64,000 bases of DNA from the human T2T-CHM13v2.0 reference genome, Homo sapiens: NCBI RefSeq assembly GCF_009914755.1, contig NC_060931.1. One strand, written 5' to 3'. Made by a program: the position numbers and the translations under genes. The notes under the pieces are model-generated. The model was not told where the DNA came from. It did no database searches and saw only the letters and a list, made by a program, of their open reading frames with translations. Below are positions 11,701-26,000 of the stretch, one piece after another; within the stretch, counting starts at the first letter, position 1, and each line of letters opens with the position of its first letter.

Positions 11701-14700
11701 TTCAACTCACAGAGTGGAACGTCCCTTTGCACAGAGCAGATTTGAAACACTCTTTTTGTGGAGTTTGCAAGTGGAGATTTCAAGCGATTTGTTGCCAACA
11801 GTAGAAAAGGAAATATCTTCAAATAAAAACTAGACAGAATCATTCTCAGAAACTACTTTGTGATGTGTGCCTTCAACTCACAGAGTTCAACCTTTCTTTT
11901 CTTAGAGCAGTTTAGAAACACTCTGCTTGTTATGTCTGCAAGTGGATATTTGGACCTCTTTGAGGCCTTCGTTGCAAACGGGGTTTCTTCCTTTCATGCT
12001 AGACTAAGAAGAGTTCTCAGTAACTTTTTTGTGTTGTGTGTATTCAACTCACAGAGTTGAACCTTGCTTTAGAGAGAGCAGATTTGAAACACTCTTGCTG
12101 TGGCATTTTCAGGTGGAGATTTCAAGCGATTTGAGGACAATTGCAGAAAAGGAAATATCTTCGTATAATAACCAGACAGAATCATTCTCAGAAAGTGCTT
12201 TGTGATGTGTGCGTTCAACTCACAGAGTTTAACCTTTCTTTTCATAGAGGAGTTTGGAAACACACTGTTTGTAAAGTCTGCAAGTGGATACATGGACCTG
12301 TTTGAGGCCTTCGTTGGAAACGGGATTTCTTCATTGAATGCTAGACGGAAGAATTCTCAGTAAATTCTTTGTGTTGTGTGCATTCAACTCACAGAGTGGA
12401 ACGTCCCTTTAGACAGAGCAGATTTGAAACACTCTTTTTGCGGAATTTGCAAGTGGAGATTTCTAGCCATTTGATGCCAACAGTAGAAAGGGAAATATCT
12501 TCAAATAAAAACCAGACAGAATCATTCTCAGAAAATTCTTTGTGATGTGTGCGTTCAACTCACATAGTTTAACCTTTCTTTTCATAGAGCAGTTTGGAAA
12601 CACTCTGTTTGTAAAGTCTGCAAGTGGATATATGGACCGCATTGAGGCCTTCGTTGGAAACGGGATTTCTTCATTTCATGCTAGACAGAAGAATTCTCAG
12701 TAACTTCTTTGTGCTGTGTGTATTCAACTCACAGAGTGGAACGTCCCTTTGCACAGAGCAGATTTGAAACACTCTTTTTGTGGAGTTTGCAAGTGGAGAT
12801 TTCAAGCGATTTGATGCCAACAGTAGAAAAGGAAATATCTTCAAATAAAAACTAGACAGAATCATTCTCAGAAACTACTTTGTGATGTGTGCCTTCAACT
12901 CACAGAGTTTAACCTTTCTTTTCTTAGAGCAGTTTAGAAACACTCTGCTTGTTATGTCTGCAAGTGGATATTTGGACCTCTTTGAGGCCTTCGTTGCAAA
13001 CGGGGTTTCTTCCTTTCATGCTAGACTAAGAAGAGTTCTCAGTAACTTTTTTGTGTTGTGTGTATTCAACTCACAGAGTTGAACCTTGCTTTAGAGAGAG
13101 CAGATTTGAAACACTCTTGCTGTGGCATTTTCAGGTGGAGATTTCAAGCGATTTGAGGACAATTGCAGAAAAGGAAATATCTTCGTATAATAACCAGACA
13201 GAATCATTCTCAGAAAGTGCTTTGTGATGTGTGCGTTCAACTCACAGAGTTTAACCTTTCTTTTCATAGAGGAGTTTGGAAACACACTGTTTGTAAAGTC
13301 TGCAAGTGGATACATGGACCTGTTTGAGGCCTTCGTTGGAAACGGGATTTCTTCATTGAATGCTAGACGGAAGAATTCTCAGTAAATTCTTTGTGTTGTG
13401 TGCATTCAACTCACAGAGTGGAACGTCCCTTTAGACAGAGCAGATTTGAAACACTCTTTTTGCGGAATTTGCAAGTGGAGATTTCTAGCCATTTGATGCC
13501 AACAGTAGAAAGGGAAATATCTTCAAATAAAAACCAGACAGAATCATTCTCAGAAAATTCTTTGTGATGTGTGCGTTCAACTCACATAGTTTAACCTTTC
13601 TTTTCATAGAGCAGTTTGGAAACACTCTGTTTGTAAAGTCTGCAAGTGGATATATGGACCGCATTGAGGCCTTCGTTGGAAACGGGATTTCTTCATTTCA
13701 TGCTAGACAGAAGAATTCTCAGTAACTTCTTTGTGCTGTGTGTATTCAACTCACAGAGTGGAACGTCCCTTTGCACAGAGCAGATTTGAAACACTCTTTT
13801 TGTGGAGTTTGCAAGTGGAGATTTCAAGCGATTTGATGCCAACAGTAGAAAAGGAAATATCTTCAAATAAAAACTAGACAGAATCATTCTCAGAAACTAC
13901 TTTGTGATGTGTGCCTTCAACTCACAGAGTTTAACCTTTCTTTTCTTAGAGCAGTTTAGAAACACTCTGCTTGTTATGTCTGCAAGTGGATACTTGGACC
14001 TCTTTGAGGCCTTCGTTGCAAACGGGGTTTCTTCCTTTCATGCTAGACTAAGAAGAGTTCTCAGTAACTTTTTTGTGTTGTGTGTATTCAACTCACAGAG
14101 TTGAACCTTGCTTTAGAGAGAGCAGATTTGAAACACTCTTGCTGTGGCATTTTCAGGTGGAGATTTCAAGCGATTTGAGGACAATTGCAGAAAAGGAAAT
14201 ATCTTCGTATAATAACCAGACAGAATCATTCTCAGAAAGTGCTTTGTGATGTGTGCGTTCAACTCACAGAGTTTAACCTTTCTTTTCATAGAGGAGTTTG
14301 GAAACACACTGTTTGTAAAGTCTGCAAGTGGATACATGGACCTGTTTGAGGCCTTCGTTGGAAACGGGATTTCTTCATTGAATGCTAGACGGAAGAATTC
14401 TCAGTAAATTCTTTGTGTTGTGTGCATTCAACTCACAGAGTGGAACGTCCCTTTAGACAGAGCAGATTTGAAACACTCTTTTTGCGGAATTTGCAAGTGG
14501 AGATTTCTAGCCATTTGATGCCAACAGTAGAAAGGGAAATATCTTCAAATAAAAACCAGACAGAATCATTCTCAGAAAATTCTTTGTGATGTGTGCGTTC
14601 AACTCACATAGTTTAACCTTTCTTTTCATAGAGCAGTTTGGAAACACTCTGTTTGTAAAGTCTGCAAGTGGATATATGGACCGCATTGAGGCCTTCGTTG

Positions 14701-17700
14701 GAAACGGGATTTCTTCATTTCATGCTAGACAGAAGAATTCTCAGTAACTTCTTTGTGCTGTGTGTATTCAACTCACAGAGTGGAACGTCCCTTTGCACAG
14801 AGCAGATTTGAAACACTCTTTTTGTGGAGTTTGCAAGTGGAGATTTCAAGCGATTTGATGCCAACAGTAGAAAAGGAAATATCTTCAAATAAAAACTAGA
14901 CAGAATCATTCTCAGAAACTACTTTGTGATGTGTGCCTTCAACTCACAGAGTTTAACCTTTCTTTTCTTAGAGCAGTTTAGAAACACTCTGCTTGTTATG
15001 TCTGCAAGTGGATATTTGGACCTCTTTGAGGCCTTCGTTGCAAACGGGGTTTCTTCCTTTCATGCTAGACTAAGAAGAGTTCTCAGTAACTTTTTTGTGT
15101 TGTGTGTATTCAACTCACAGAGTTGAACCTTGCTTTAGAGAGAGCAGATTTGAAACACTCTTGCTGTGGCATTTTCAGGTGGAGATTTCAAGCGATTTGA
15201 GGACAATTGCAGAAAAGGAAATATCTTCGTATAATAACCAGACAGAATCATTCTCAGAAAGTGCTTTGTGATGTGTGCGTTCAACTCACAGAGTTTAACC
15301 TTTCTTTTCATAGAGGAGTTTGGAAACACACTGTTTGTAAAGTCTGCAAGTGGATACATGGACCTGTTTGAGGCCTTCGTTGGAAACGGGATTTCTTCAT
15401 TGAATGCTAGACGGAAGAATTCTCAGTAAATTCTTTGTGTTGTGTGCATTCAACTCACAGAGTGGAACGTCCCTTTAGACAGAGCAGATTTGAAACACTC
15501 TTTTTGCGGAATTTGCAAGTGGAGATTTCTAGCCATTTGATGCCAACAGTAGAAAGGGAAATATCTTCAAATAAAAACCAGACAGAATCATTCTCAGAAA
15601 ATTCTTTGTGATGTGTGCGTTCAACTCACATAGTTTAACCTTTCTTTTCATAGAGCAGTTTGGAAACACTCTGTTTGTAAAGTCTGCAAGTGGATATATG
15701 GACCGCATTGAGGCCTTCGTTGGAAACGGGATTTCTTCATTTCATGCTAGACAGAAGAATTCTCAGTAACTTCTTTGTGCTGTGTGTATTCAACTCACAG
15801 AGTGGAACGTCCCTTTACACAGAGCAGATTTGAAACACTCTTTTTGTGGAGTTTGCAAGTGGAGATTTCAAGCGATTTGATGCCAACAGTAGAAAAGGAA
15901 ATATCTTCAAATAAAAACTAGACAGAATCATTCTCAGAAACTACTTTGTGATGTGTGTCTTCAACTCACAGAGTTTAACCTTTCTTTTCTTAGAGCAGTT
16001 TAGAAACACTCTGCTTGTTATGACTGCAAGTGGATATTTGGACCTCTTTGAGGCCTTCGTTGCAAACGGGGTTTCTTCCTTTCATGCTAGACTAAGAAGA
16101 GTTCTCAGTAACTTTTTTGTGTTGTGTGTATTCAACTCACAGAGTTGAACCTTGCTTTAGAGAGAGCAGATTTGAAACACTCTTGCTGTGGCATTTTCAG
16201 GTGGAGATTTCAAGCGATTTGAGGACAATTGCAGAAAAGGAAATATCTTCGTATAATAACCAGACAGAATCATTCTCAGAAAGTGCTTTGTGATGTGTGC
16301 GTTCAACTCACAGAGTTTAACCTTTCTTTTCATAGAGGAGTTTGGAAACACACTGTTTGTAAGGACTGCAAGTGGATATATGGACCTGTTTGAGGCCTTC
16401 GTTGGAAACGGGATTTCTTCATTGAATGCTAGACGGAAGAATTCTCAGTAAATTCTTTGTGTTGTGTGCATTCAACTCACAGAGTGGAACGTCCCTTTAG
16501 ACAGAGCAGATTTGAAACACTCTTTTTGCGGAATTTGCAAGTGGAGATTTCTAGCCATTTGATGCCAACAGTAGAAAGGGAAATATCTTCAAATAAAAAC
16601 CAGACAGAATCATTCTCAGAAAATTCTTTGTGATGTGTGCGTTCAACTCACATAGTTTAACCTTTCTTTTCATAGAGCAGTTTGGAAACACTCTGTTTGT
16701 AAAGTCTGCAAGTGGATATATGGACCGCATTGAGGCCTTCGTTGGAAACGGGATTTCTTCATTTCATGCTAGACAGAAGAATTCTCAGTAACTTCTTTGT
16801 GCTGTGTGTATTCAACTCACAGAGTGGAACGTCCCTTTGCACAGAGCAGATTTGAAACACTCTTTTTGTGGAGTTTGCAAGTGGAGATTTCAAGCGATTT
16901 GATGCCAACAGTAGAAAAGGAAATATCTTCAAATAAAAACTAGACAGAATCATTCTCAGAAACTACTTTGTGATGTGTGCCTTCAACTCACAGAGTTTAA
17001 CCTTTCTTTTCTTAGAGCAGTTTAGAAACACTCTGCTTGTTATGTCTGCAAGTGGATATTTGGACCTCTTTGAGGCCTTCGTTGCAAACGGGGTTTCTTC
17101 CTTTCATGCTAGACTAAGAAGAGTTCTCAGTAACTTTTTTGTGTTGTGTGTATTCAACTCACAGAGTTGAACCTTGCTTTAGAGAGAGCAGATTTGAAAC
17201 ACTCTTGCTGTGGCATTTTCAGGTGGAGATTTCAAGCGATTTGAGGACAATTGCAGAAAAGGAAATATCTTCGTATAATAACCAGACAGAATCATTCTCA
17301 GAAAGTGCTTTGTGATGTGTGCGTTCAACTCACAGAGTTTAACCTTTCTTTCCATAGAGGAGTTTGGAAACACACTGTTTGTAAAGTCTGCAAGTGGATA
17401 TATGGACCTGTTTGAGGCCTTCGTTGGAAACGGGATTTCTTCATTGAATGCTAGACGGAAGAATTCTCAGTAAATTCTTTGTGTTGTGTGCATTCAACTC
17501 ACAGAGTGGAACGTCCCTTTAGACAGAGCAGATTTGAAACACTCTTTTTGCGGAATTTGCAAGTGGAGATTTCTAGCCATTTGATGCCAACAGTAGAAAG
17601 GGAAATATCTTCAAATAAAAACCAGACAGAATCATTCTCAGCAAATTCTTTGTGATGTGTGCGTTCAACTCACATAGTTTAACCTTTCTTTTCATAGAGC

Positions 17701-20064
17701 AGTTTGGAAACACTCTGTTTGTAAAGTCTGCAAGTGGATATATGGACCGCATTGAGGCCTTCGTTGGAAACGGGATTTCTTCATTTCATGCTAGACAGAA
17801 GAATTCTCAGTAACTTCTTTGTGCTGTGTGTATTCAACTCACAGAGTGGAACGTCCCTTTGCACAGAGCAGATTTGAAACACTCTTTTTGTGGAGTTTGC
17901 AAGTGGAGATTTCAAGCGATTTGATGCCAACAGTAGAAAAGGAAATATCTTCAAATAAAAACTAGACAGAATCATTCTCAGAAACTACTTTGTGATGTGT
18001 GCCTTCAACTCACAGAGTTTAACCTTTCTTTTCTTAGAGCAGTTTAGAAACACTCTGCTTGTTATGTCTGCAAGTGGATATTTGGACCTCTTTGAGGCCT
18101 TCGTTGCAAACGGGGTTTCTTCCTTTCATGCTAGACTAAGAAGAGTTCTCAGTAACTTTTTTGTGTTGTGTGTATTCAACTCACAGAGTTGAACCTTGCT
18201 TTAGAGAGAGCAGATTTGAAACACTCTTGCTGTGGCATTTTCAGGTGGAGATTTCAAGCGATTTGAGGACAATTGCAGAAAAGGAAATATCTTCGTATAA
18301 TAACCAGACAGAATCATTCTCAGAAAGTGCTTTGTGATGTGTGCGTTCAACTCACAGAGTTTAACCTTTCTTTTCATAGAGGAGTTTGGAAACACACTGT
18401 TTGTAAAGTCTGCAAGTGGATACATGGACCTGTTTGAGGCCTTCGTTGGAAACGGGATTTCTTCATTGAATGCTAGACGGAAGAATTCTCAGTAAATTCT
18501 TTGTGTTGTGTGCATTCAACTCACAGAGTGGAACGTCCCTTTAGACAGAGCAGATTTGAAACACTCTTTTTGCGGAATTTGCAAGTGGAGATTTCTAGCC
18601 ATTTGATGCCAACAGTAGAAAGGGAAATATCTTCAAATAAAAACCAGACAGAATCATTCTCAGAAAATTCTTTGTGATGTGTGCGTTCAACTCACATAGT
18701 TTAACCTTTCTTTTCATAGAGCAGTTTGGAAACACTCTGTTTGTAAAGTCTGCAAGTGGATATATGGACCGCATTGAGGCCTTCGTTGGAAACGGGATTT
18801 CTTCATTTCATGCTAGACAGAAGAATTCTCAGTAACTTCTTTGTGCTGTGTGTATTCAACTCACAGAGTGGAACGTCCCTTTGCACAGAGCAGATTTGAA
18901 ACACTCTTTTTGTGGAGTTTGCAAGTGGAGATTTCAAGCGATTTGATGCCAACAGTAGAAAAGGAAATATCTTCAAATAAAAACTAGACAGAATCATTCT
19001 CAGAAACTACTTTGTGATGTGTGCCTTCAACTCACAGAGTTTAACCTTTCTTTTCTTAGAGCAGTTTAGAAACACTCTGCTTGTTATGTCTGCAAGTGGA
19101 TATTTGGACCTCTTTGAGGCCTTCGTTGCAAACGGGGTTTCTTCCTTTCATGCTAGACTAAGAAGAGTTCTCAGTAACTTTTTTGTGTTGTGTGTATTCA
19201 ACTCACAGAGTTGAACCTTGCTTTAGAGAGAGCAGATTTGAAACACTCTTGCTGTGGCATTTTCAGGTGGAGATTTCAAGCGATTTGAGGACAATTGCAG
19301 AAAAGGAAATATCTTCGTATAATAACCAGACAGAATCATTCTCAGAAAGTGCTTTGTGATGTGTGCGTTCAACTCACAGAGTTTAACCTTTCTTTTCATA
19401 GAGGAGTTTGGAAACACACTGTTTGTAAGGACTGCAAGTGGATATATGGACCTGTTTGAGGCCTTCGTTGGAAACGGGATTTCTTCATTGAATGCTAGAC
19501 GGAAGAATTCTCAGTAAATTCTTTGTGTTGTGTGCATTCAACTCACAGAGTGGAACGTCCCTTTAGACACAGCAGATTTGAAACACTCTTTTTGCGGAAT
19601 TTGCAAGTGGAGATTTCTAGCCATTTGATGCCAACAGTAGAAAGGGAAATATCTTCAAATAAAAACCAGACAGAATCATTCTCAGCAAATTCTTTGTGAT
19701 GTGTGCGTTCAACTCACATAGTTTAACCTTTCTTTTCATAGAGCAGTTTGGAAACACTCTGTTTGTAATGTCTGCAAGTGGATATATGGACCGCATTGAG
19801 GCCTTCGTTGGAAACGGGATTTCTTCATTTCATGCTAGACAGAAGAATTCTCAGTAACTTCTTTGTGCTGTGTGTATTCAACTCACAGAGTGGAACGTCC
19901 CTTTGCACAGAGCAGATTTGAAACACTCTTTTTGTGGAGTTTGCAAGTGGAGATTTCAAGCGATTTGATGCCAACAGTAGAAAAGGAAATATCTTCAAAT
20001 AAAAACTAGACAGAATCATTCTCAGAAACTACTTTGTGATGTGTGCCTTCAACTCACAGAGTTT

Positions 20065-23000
20065 AACCTTTCTTTTCTTAGAGCAGTTTAGAAACACTCT
20101 GCTTGTTATGTCTGCAAGTGGATATTTGGACCTCTTTGAGGCCTTCGTTGCAAACGGGGTTTCTTCCTTTCATGCTAGACTAAGAAGAGTTCTCAGTAAC
20201 TTTTTTGTGTTGTGTGTATTCAACTCACAGAGTTGAACCTTGCTTTAGAGAGAGCAGATTTGAAACACTCTTGCTGTGGCATTTTCAGGTGGAGATTTCA
20301 AGCGATTTGAGGACAATTGCAGAAAAGGAAATATCTTCGTATAATAACCAGACAGAATCATTCTCAGAAAGTGCTTTGTGATGTGTGCGTTCAACTCACA
20401 GAGTTTAACCTTTCTTTTCATAGAGGAGTTTGGAAACACACTGTTTGTAAAGTCTGCAAGTGGATACATGGACCTGTTTGAGGCCTTCGTTGGAAACGGG
20501 ATTTCTTCATTGAATGCTAGACGGAAGAATTCTCAGTAAATTCTTTGTGTTGTGTGCATTCAACTCACAGAGTGGAACGTCCCTTTAGACAGAGCAGATT
20601 TGAAACACTCTTTTTGCGGAATTTGCAAGTGGAGATTTCTAGCCATTTGATGCCAACAGTAGAAAGGGAAATATCTTCAAATAAAAACCAGACAGAATCA
20701 TTCTCAGAAAATTCTTTGTGATGTGTGCGTTCAACTCACATAGTTTAACCTTTCTTTTCATAGAGCAGTTTGGAAACACTCTGTTTGTAAAGTCTGCAAG
20801 TGGATATATGGACCGCATTGAGGCCTTCGTTGGAAACGGGATTTCTTCATTTCATGCTAGACAGAAGAATTCTCAGTAACTTCTTTGTGCTGTGTGTATT
20901 CAACTCACAGAGTGGAACGTCCCTTTGCACAGAGCAGATTTGAAACACTCTTTTTGTGGAGTTTGCAAGTGGAGATTTCAAGCGATTTGATGCCAACAGT
21001 AGAAAAGGAAATATCTTCAAATAAAAACTAGACAGAATCATTCTCAGAAACTACTTTGTGATGTGTGCCTTCAACTCACAGAGTTTAACCTTTCTTTTCT
21101 TAGAGCAGTTTAGAAACACTCTGCTTGTTATGTCTGCAAGTGGATATTTGGACCTCTTTGAGGCCTTCGTTGCAAACGGGGTTTCTTCCTTTCATGCTAG
21201 ACTAAGAAGAGTTCTCAGTAACTTTTTTGTGTTGTGTGTATTCAACTCACAGAGTTGAACCTTGCTTTAGAGAGAGCAGATTTGAAACACTCTTGCTGTG
21301 GCATTTTCAGGTGGAGATTTCAAGCGATTTGAGGACAATTGCAGAAAAGGAAATATCTTCGTATAATAACCAGACAGAATCATTCTCAGAAAGTGCTTTG
21401 TGATGTGTGCGTTCAACTCACAGAGTTTAACCTTTCTTTTCATAGAGGAGTTTGGAAACACACTGTTTGTAAAGTCTGCAAGTGGATACATGGACCTGTT
21501 TGAGGCCTTCGTTGGAAACGGGATTTCTTCATTGAATGCTAGACGGAAGAATTCTCAGTAAATTCTTTGTGTTGTGTGCATTCAACTCACAGAGTGGAAC
21601 GTCCCTTTAGACAGAGCAGATTTGAAACACTCTTTTTGCGGAATTTGCAAGTGGAGATTTCTAGCCATTTGATGCCAACAGTAGAAAGGGAAATATCTTC
21701 AAATAAAAACCAGACAGAATCATTCTCAGAAAATTCTTTGTGATGTGTGCGTTCAACTCACATAGTTTAACCTTTCTTTTCATAGAGCAGTTTGGAAACA
21801 CTCTGTTTGTAAAGTCTGCAAGTGGATATATGGACCGCATTGAGGCCTTCGTTGGAAACGGGATTTCTTCATTTCATGCTAGACAGAAGAATTCTCAGTA
21901 ACTTCTTTGTGCTGTGTGTATTCAACTCACAGAGTGGAACGTCCCTTTACACAGAGCAGATTTGAAACACTCTTTTTGTGGAGTTTGCAAGTGGAGATTT
22001 CAAGCGATTTGATGCCAACAGTAGAAAAGGAAATATCTTCAAATAAAAACTAGACAGAATCATTCTCAGAAACTACTTTGTGATGTGTGTCTTCAACTCA
22101 CAGAGTTTAACCTTTCTTTTCTTAGAGCAGTTTAGAAACACTCTGCTTGTTATGACTGCAAGTGGATATTTGGACCTCTTTGAGGCCTTCGTTGCAAACG
22201 GGGTTTCTTCCTTTCATGCTAGACTAAGAAGAGTTCTCAGTAACTTTTTTGTGTTGTGTGTATTCAACTCACAGAGTTGAACCTTGCTTTAGAGAGAGCA
22301 GATTTGAAACACTCTTGCTGTGGCATTTTCAGGTGGAGATTTCAAGCGATTTGAGGACAATTGCAGAAAAGGAAATATCTTCGTATAATAACCAGACAGA
22401 ATCATTCTCAGAAAGTGCTTTGTGATGTGTGCGTTCAACTCACAGAGTTTAACCTTTCTTTTCATAGAGGAGTTTGGAAACACACTGTTTGTAAGGACTG
22501 CAAGTGGATATATGGACCTGTTTGAGGCCTTCGTTGGAAACGGGATTTCTTCATTGAATGCTAGACGGAAGAATTCTCAGTAAATTCTTTGTGTTGTGTG
22601 CATTCAACTCACAGAGTGGAACGTCCCTTTAGACAGAGCAGATTTGAAACACTCTTTTTGCGGAATTTGCAAGTGGAGATTTCTAGCCATTTGATGCCAA
22701 CAGTAGAAAGGGAAATATCTTCAAATAAAAACCAGACAGAATCATTCTCAGCAAATTCTTTGTGATGTGTGCGTTCAACTCACATAGTTTAACCTTTCTT
22801 TTCATAGAGCAGTTTGGAAACACTCTGTTTGTAAAGTCTGCAAGTGGATATATGGACCGCATTGAGGCCTTCGTTGGAAACGGGATTTCTTCATTTCATG
22901 CTAGACAGAAGAATTCTCAGTAACTTCTTTGTGCTGTGTGTATTCAACTCACAGAGTGGAACGTCCCTTTGCACAGAGCAGATTTGAAACACTCTTTTTG

Positions 23001-26000
23001 TGGAGTTTGCAAGTGGAGATTTCAAGCGATTTGATGCCAACAGTAGAAAAGGAAATATCTTCAAATAAAAACTAGACAGAATCATTCTCAGAAACTACTT
23101 TGTGATGTGTGCCTTCAACTCACAGAGTTTAACCTTTCTTTTCTTAGAGCAGTTTAGAAACACTCTGCTTGTTATGTCTGCAAGTGGATATTTGGACCTC
23201 TTTGAGGCCTTCGTTGCAAACGGGGTTTCTTCCTTTCATGCTAGACTAAGAAGAGTTCTCAGTAACTTTTTTGTGTTGTGTGTATTCAACTCACAGAGTT
23301 GAACCTTGCTTTAGAGAGAGCAGATTTGAAACACTCTTGCTGTGGCATTTTCAGGTGGAGATTTCAAGCGATTTGAGGACAATTGCAGAAAAGGAAATAT
23401 CTTCGTATAATAACCAGACAGAATCATTCTCAGAAAGTGCTTTGTGATGTGTGCGTTCAACTCACAGAGTTTAACCTTTCTTTTCATAGAGGAGTTTGGA
23501 AACACACTGTTTGTAAAGTCTGCAAGTGGATACATGGACCTGTTTGAGGCCTTCGTTGGAAACGGGATTTCTTCATTGAATGCTAGACGGAAGAATTCTC
23601 AGTAAATTCTTTGTGTTGTGTGCATTCAACTCACAGAGTGGAACGTCCCTTTAGACAGAGCAGATTTGAAACACTCTTTTTGCGGAATTTGCAAGTGGAG
23701 ATTTCTAGCCATTTGATGCCAACAGTAGAAAGGGAAATATCTTCAAATAAAAACCAGACAGAATCATTCTCAGAAAATTCTTTGTGATGTGTGCGTTCAA
23801 CTCACATAGTTTAACCTTTCTTTTCATAGAGCAGTTTGGAAACACTCTGTTTGTAAAGTCTGCAAGTGGATATATGGACCGCATTGAGGCCTTCGTTGGA
23901 AACGGGATTTCTTCATTTCATGCTAGACAGAAGAATTCTCAGTAACTTCTTTGTGCTGTGTGTATTCAACTCACAGAGTGGAACGTCCCTTTGCACAGAG
24001 CAGATTTGAAACACTCTTTTTGTGGAGTTTGCAAGTGGAGATTTCAAGCGATTTGATGCCAACAGTAGAAAAGGAAATATCTTCAAATAAAAACTAGACA
24101 GAATCATTCTCAGAAACTACTTTGTGATGTGTGCCTTCAACTCACAGAGTTTAACCTTTCTTTTCTTAGAGCAGTTTAGAAACACTCTGCTTGTTATGTC
24201 TGCAAGTGGATATTTGGACCTCTTTGAGGCCTTCGTTGCAAACGGGGTTTCTTCCTTTCATGCTAGACTAAGAAGAGTTCTCAGTAACTTTTTTGTGTTG
24301 TGTGTATTCAACTCACAGAGTTGAACCTTGCTTTAGAGAGAGCAGATTTGAAACACTCTTGCTGTGGCATTTTCAGGTGGAGATTTCAAGCGATTTGAGG
24401 ACAATTGCAGAAAAGGAAATATCTTCGTATAATAACCAGACAGAATCATTCTCAGAAAGTGCTTTGTGATGTGTGCGTTCAACTCACAGAGTTTAACCTT
24501 TCTTTTCATAGAGGAGTTTGGAAACACACTGTTTGTAAGGACTGCAAGTGGATATATGGACCTGTTTGAGGCCTTCGTTGGAAACGGGATTTCTTCATTG
24601 AATGCTAGACGGAAGAATTCTCAGTAAATTCTTTGTGTTGTGTGCATTCAACTCACAGAGTGGAACGTCCCTTTAGACACAGCAGATTTGAAACACTCTT
24701 TTTGCGGAATTTGCAAGTGGAGATTTCTAGCCATTTGATGCCAACAGTAGAAAGGGAAATATCTTCAAATAAAAACCAGACAGAATCATTCTCAGCAAAT
24801 TCTTTGTGATGTGTGCGTTCAACTCACATAGTTTAACCTTTCTTTTCATAGAGCAGTTTGGAAACACTCTGTTTGTAATGTCTGCAAGTGGATATATGGA
24901 CCGCATTGAGGCCTTCGTTGGAAACGGGATTTCTTCATTTCATGCTAGACAGAAGAATTCTCAGTAACTTCTTTGTGCTGTGTGTATTCAACTCACAGAG
25001 TGGAACGTCCCTTTGCACAGAGCAGATTTGAAACACTCTTTTTGTGGAGTTTGCAAGTGGAGATTTCAAGCGATTTGATGCCAACAGTAGAAAAGGAAAT
25101 ATCTTCAAATAAAAACTAGACAGAATCATTCTCAGAAACTACTTTGTGATGTGTGCCTTCAACTCACAGAGTTTAACCTTTCTTTTCTTAGAGCAGTTTA
25201 GAAACACTCTGCTTGTTATGTCTGCAAGTGGATATTTGGACCTCTTTGAGGCCTTCGTTGCAAACGGGGTTTCTTCCTTTCATGCTAGACTAAGAAGAGT
25301 TCTCAGTAACTTTTTTGTGTTGTGTGTATTCAACTCACAGAGTTGAACCTTGCTTTAGAGAGAGCAGATTTGAAACACTCTTGCTGTGGCATTTTCAGGT
25401 GGAGATTTCAAGCGATTTGAGGACAATTGCAGAAAAGGAAATATCTTCGTATAATAACCAGACAGAATCATTCTCAGAAAGTGCTTTGTGATGTGTGCGT
25501 TCAACTCACAGAGTTTAACCTTTCTTTTCATAGAGGAGTTTGGAAACACACTGTTTGTAAAGTCTGCAAGTGGATACATGGACCTGTTTGAGGCCTTCGT
25601 TGGAAACGGGATTTCTTCATTGAATGCTAGACGGAAGAATTCTCAGTAAATTCTTTGTGTTGTGTGCATTCAACTCACAGAGTGGAACGTCCCTTTAGAC
25701 AGAGCAGATTTGAAACACTCTTTTTGCGGAATTTGCAAGTGGAGATTTCTAGCCATTTGATGCCAACAGTAGAAAGGGAAATATCTTCAAATAAAAACCA
25801 GACAGAATCATTCTCAGAAAATTCTTTGTGATGTGTGCGTTCAACTCACATAGTTTAACCTTTCTTTTCATAGAGCAGTTTGGAAACACTCTGTTTGTAA
25901 AGTCTGCAAGTGGATATATGGACCGCATTGAGGCCTTCGTTGGAAACGGGATTTCTTCATTTCATGCTAGACAGAAGAATTCTCAGTAACTTCTTTGTGC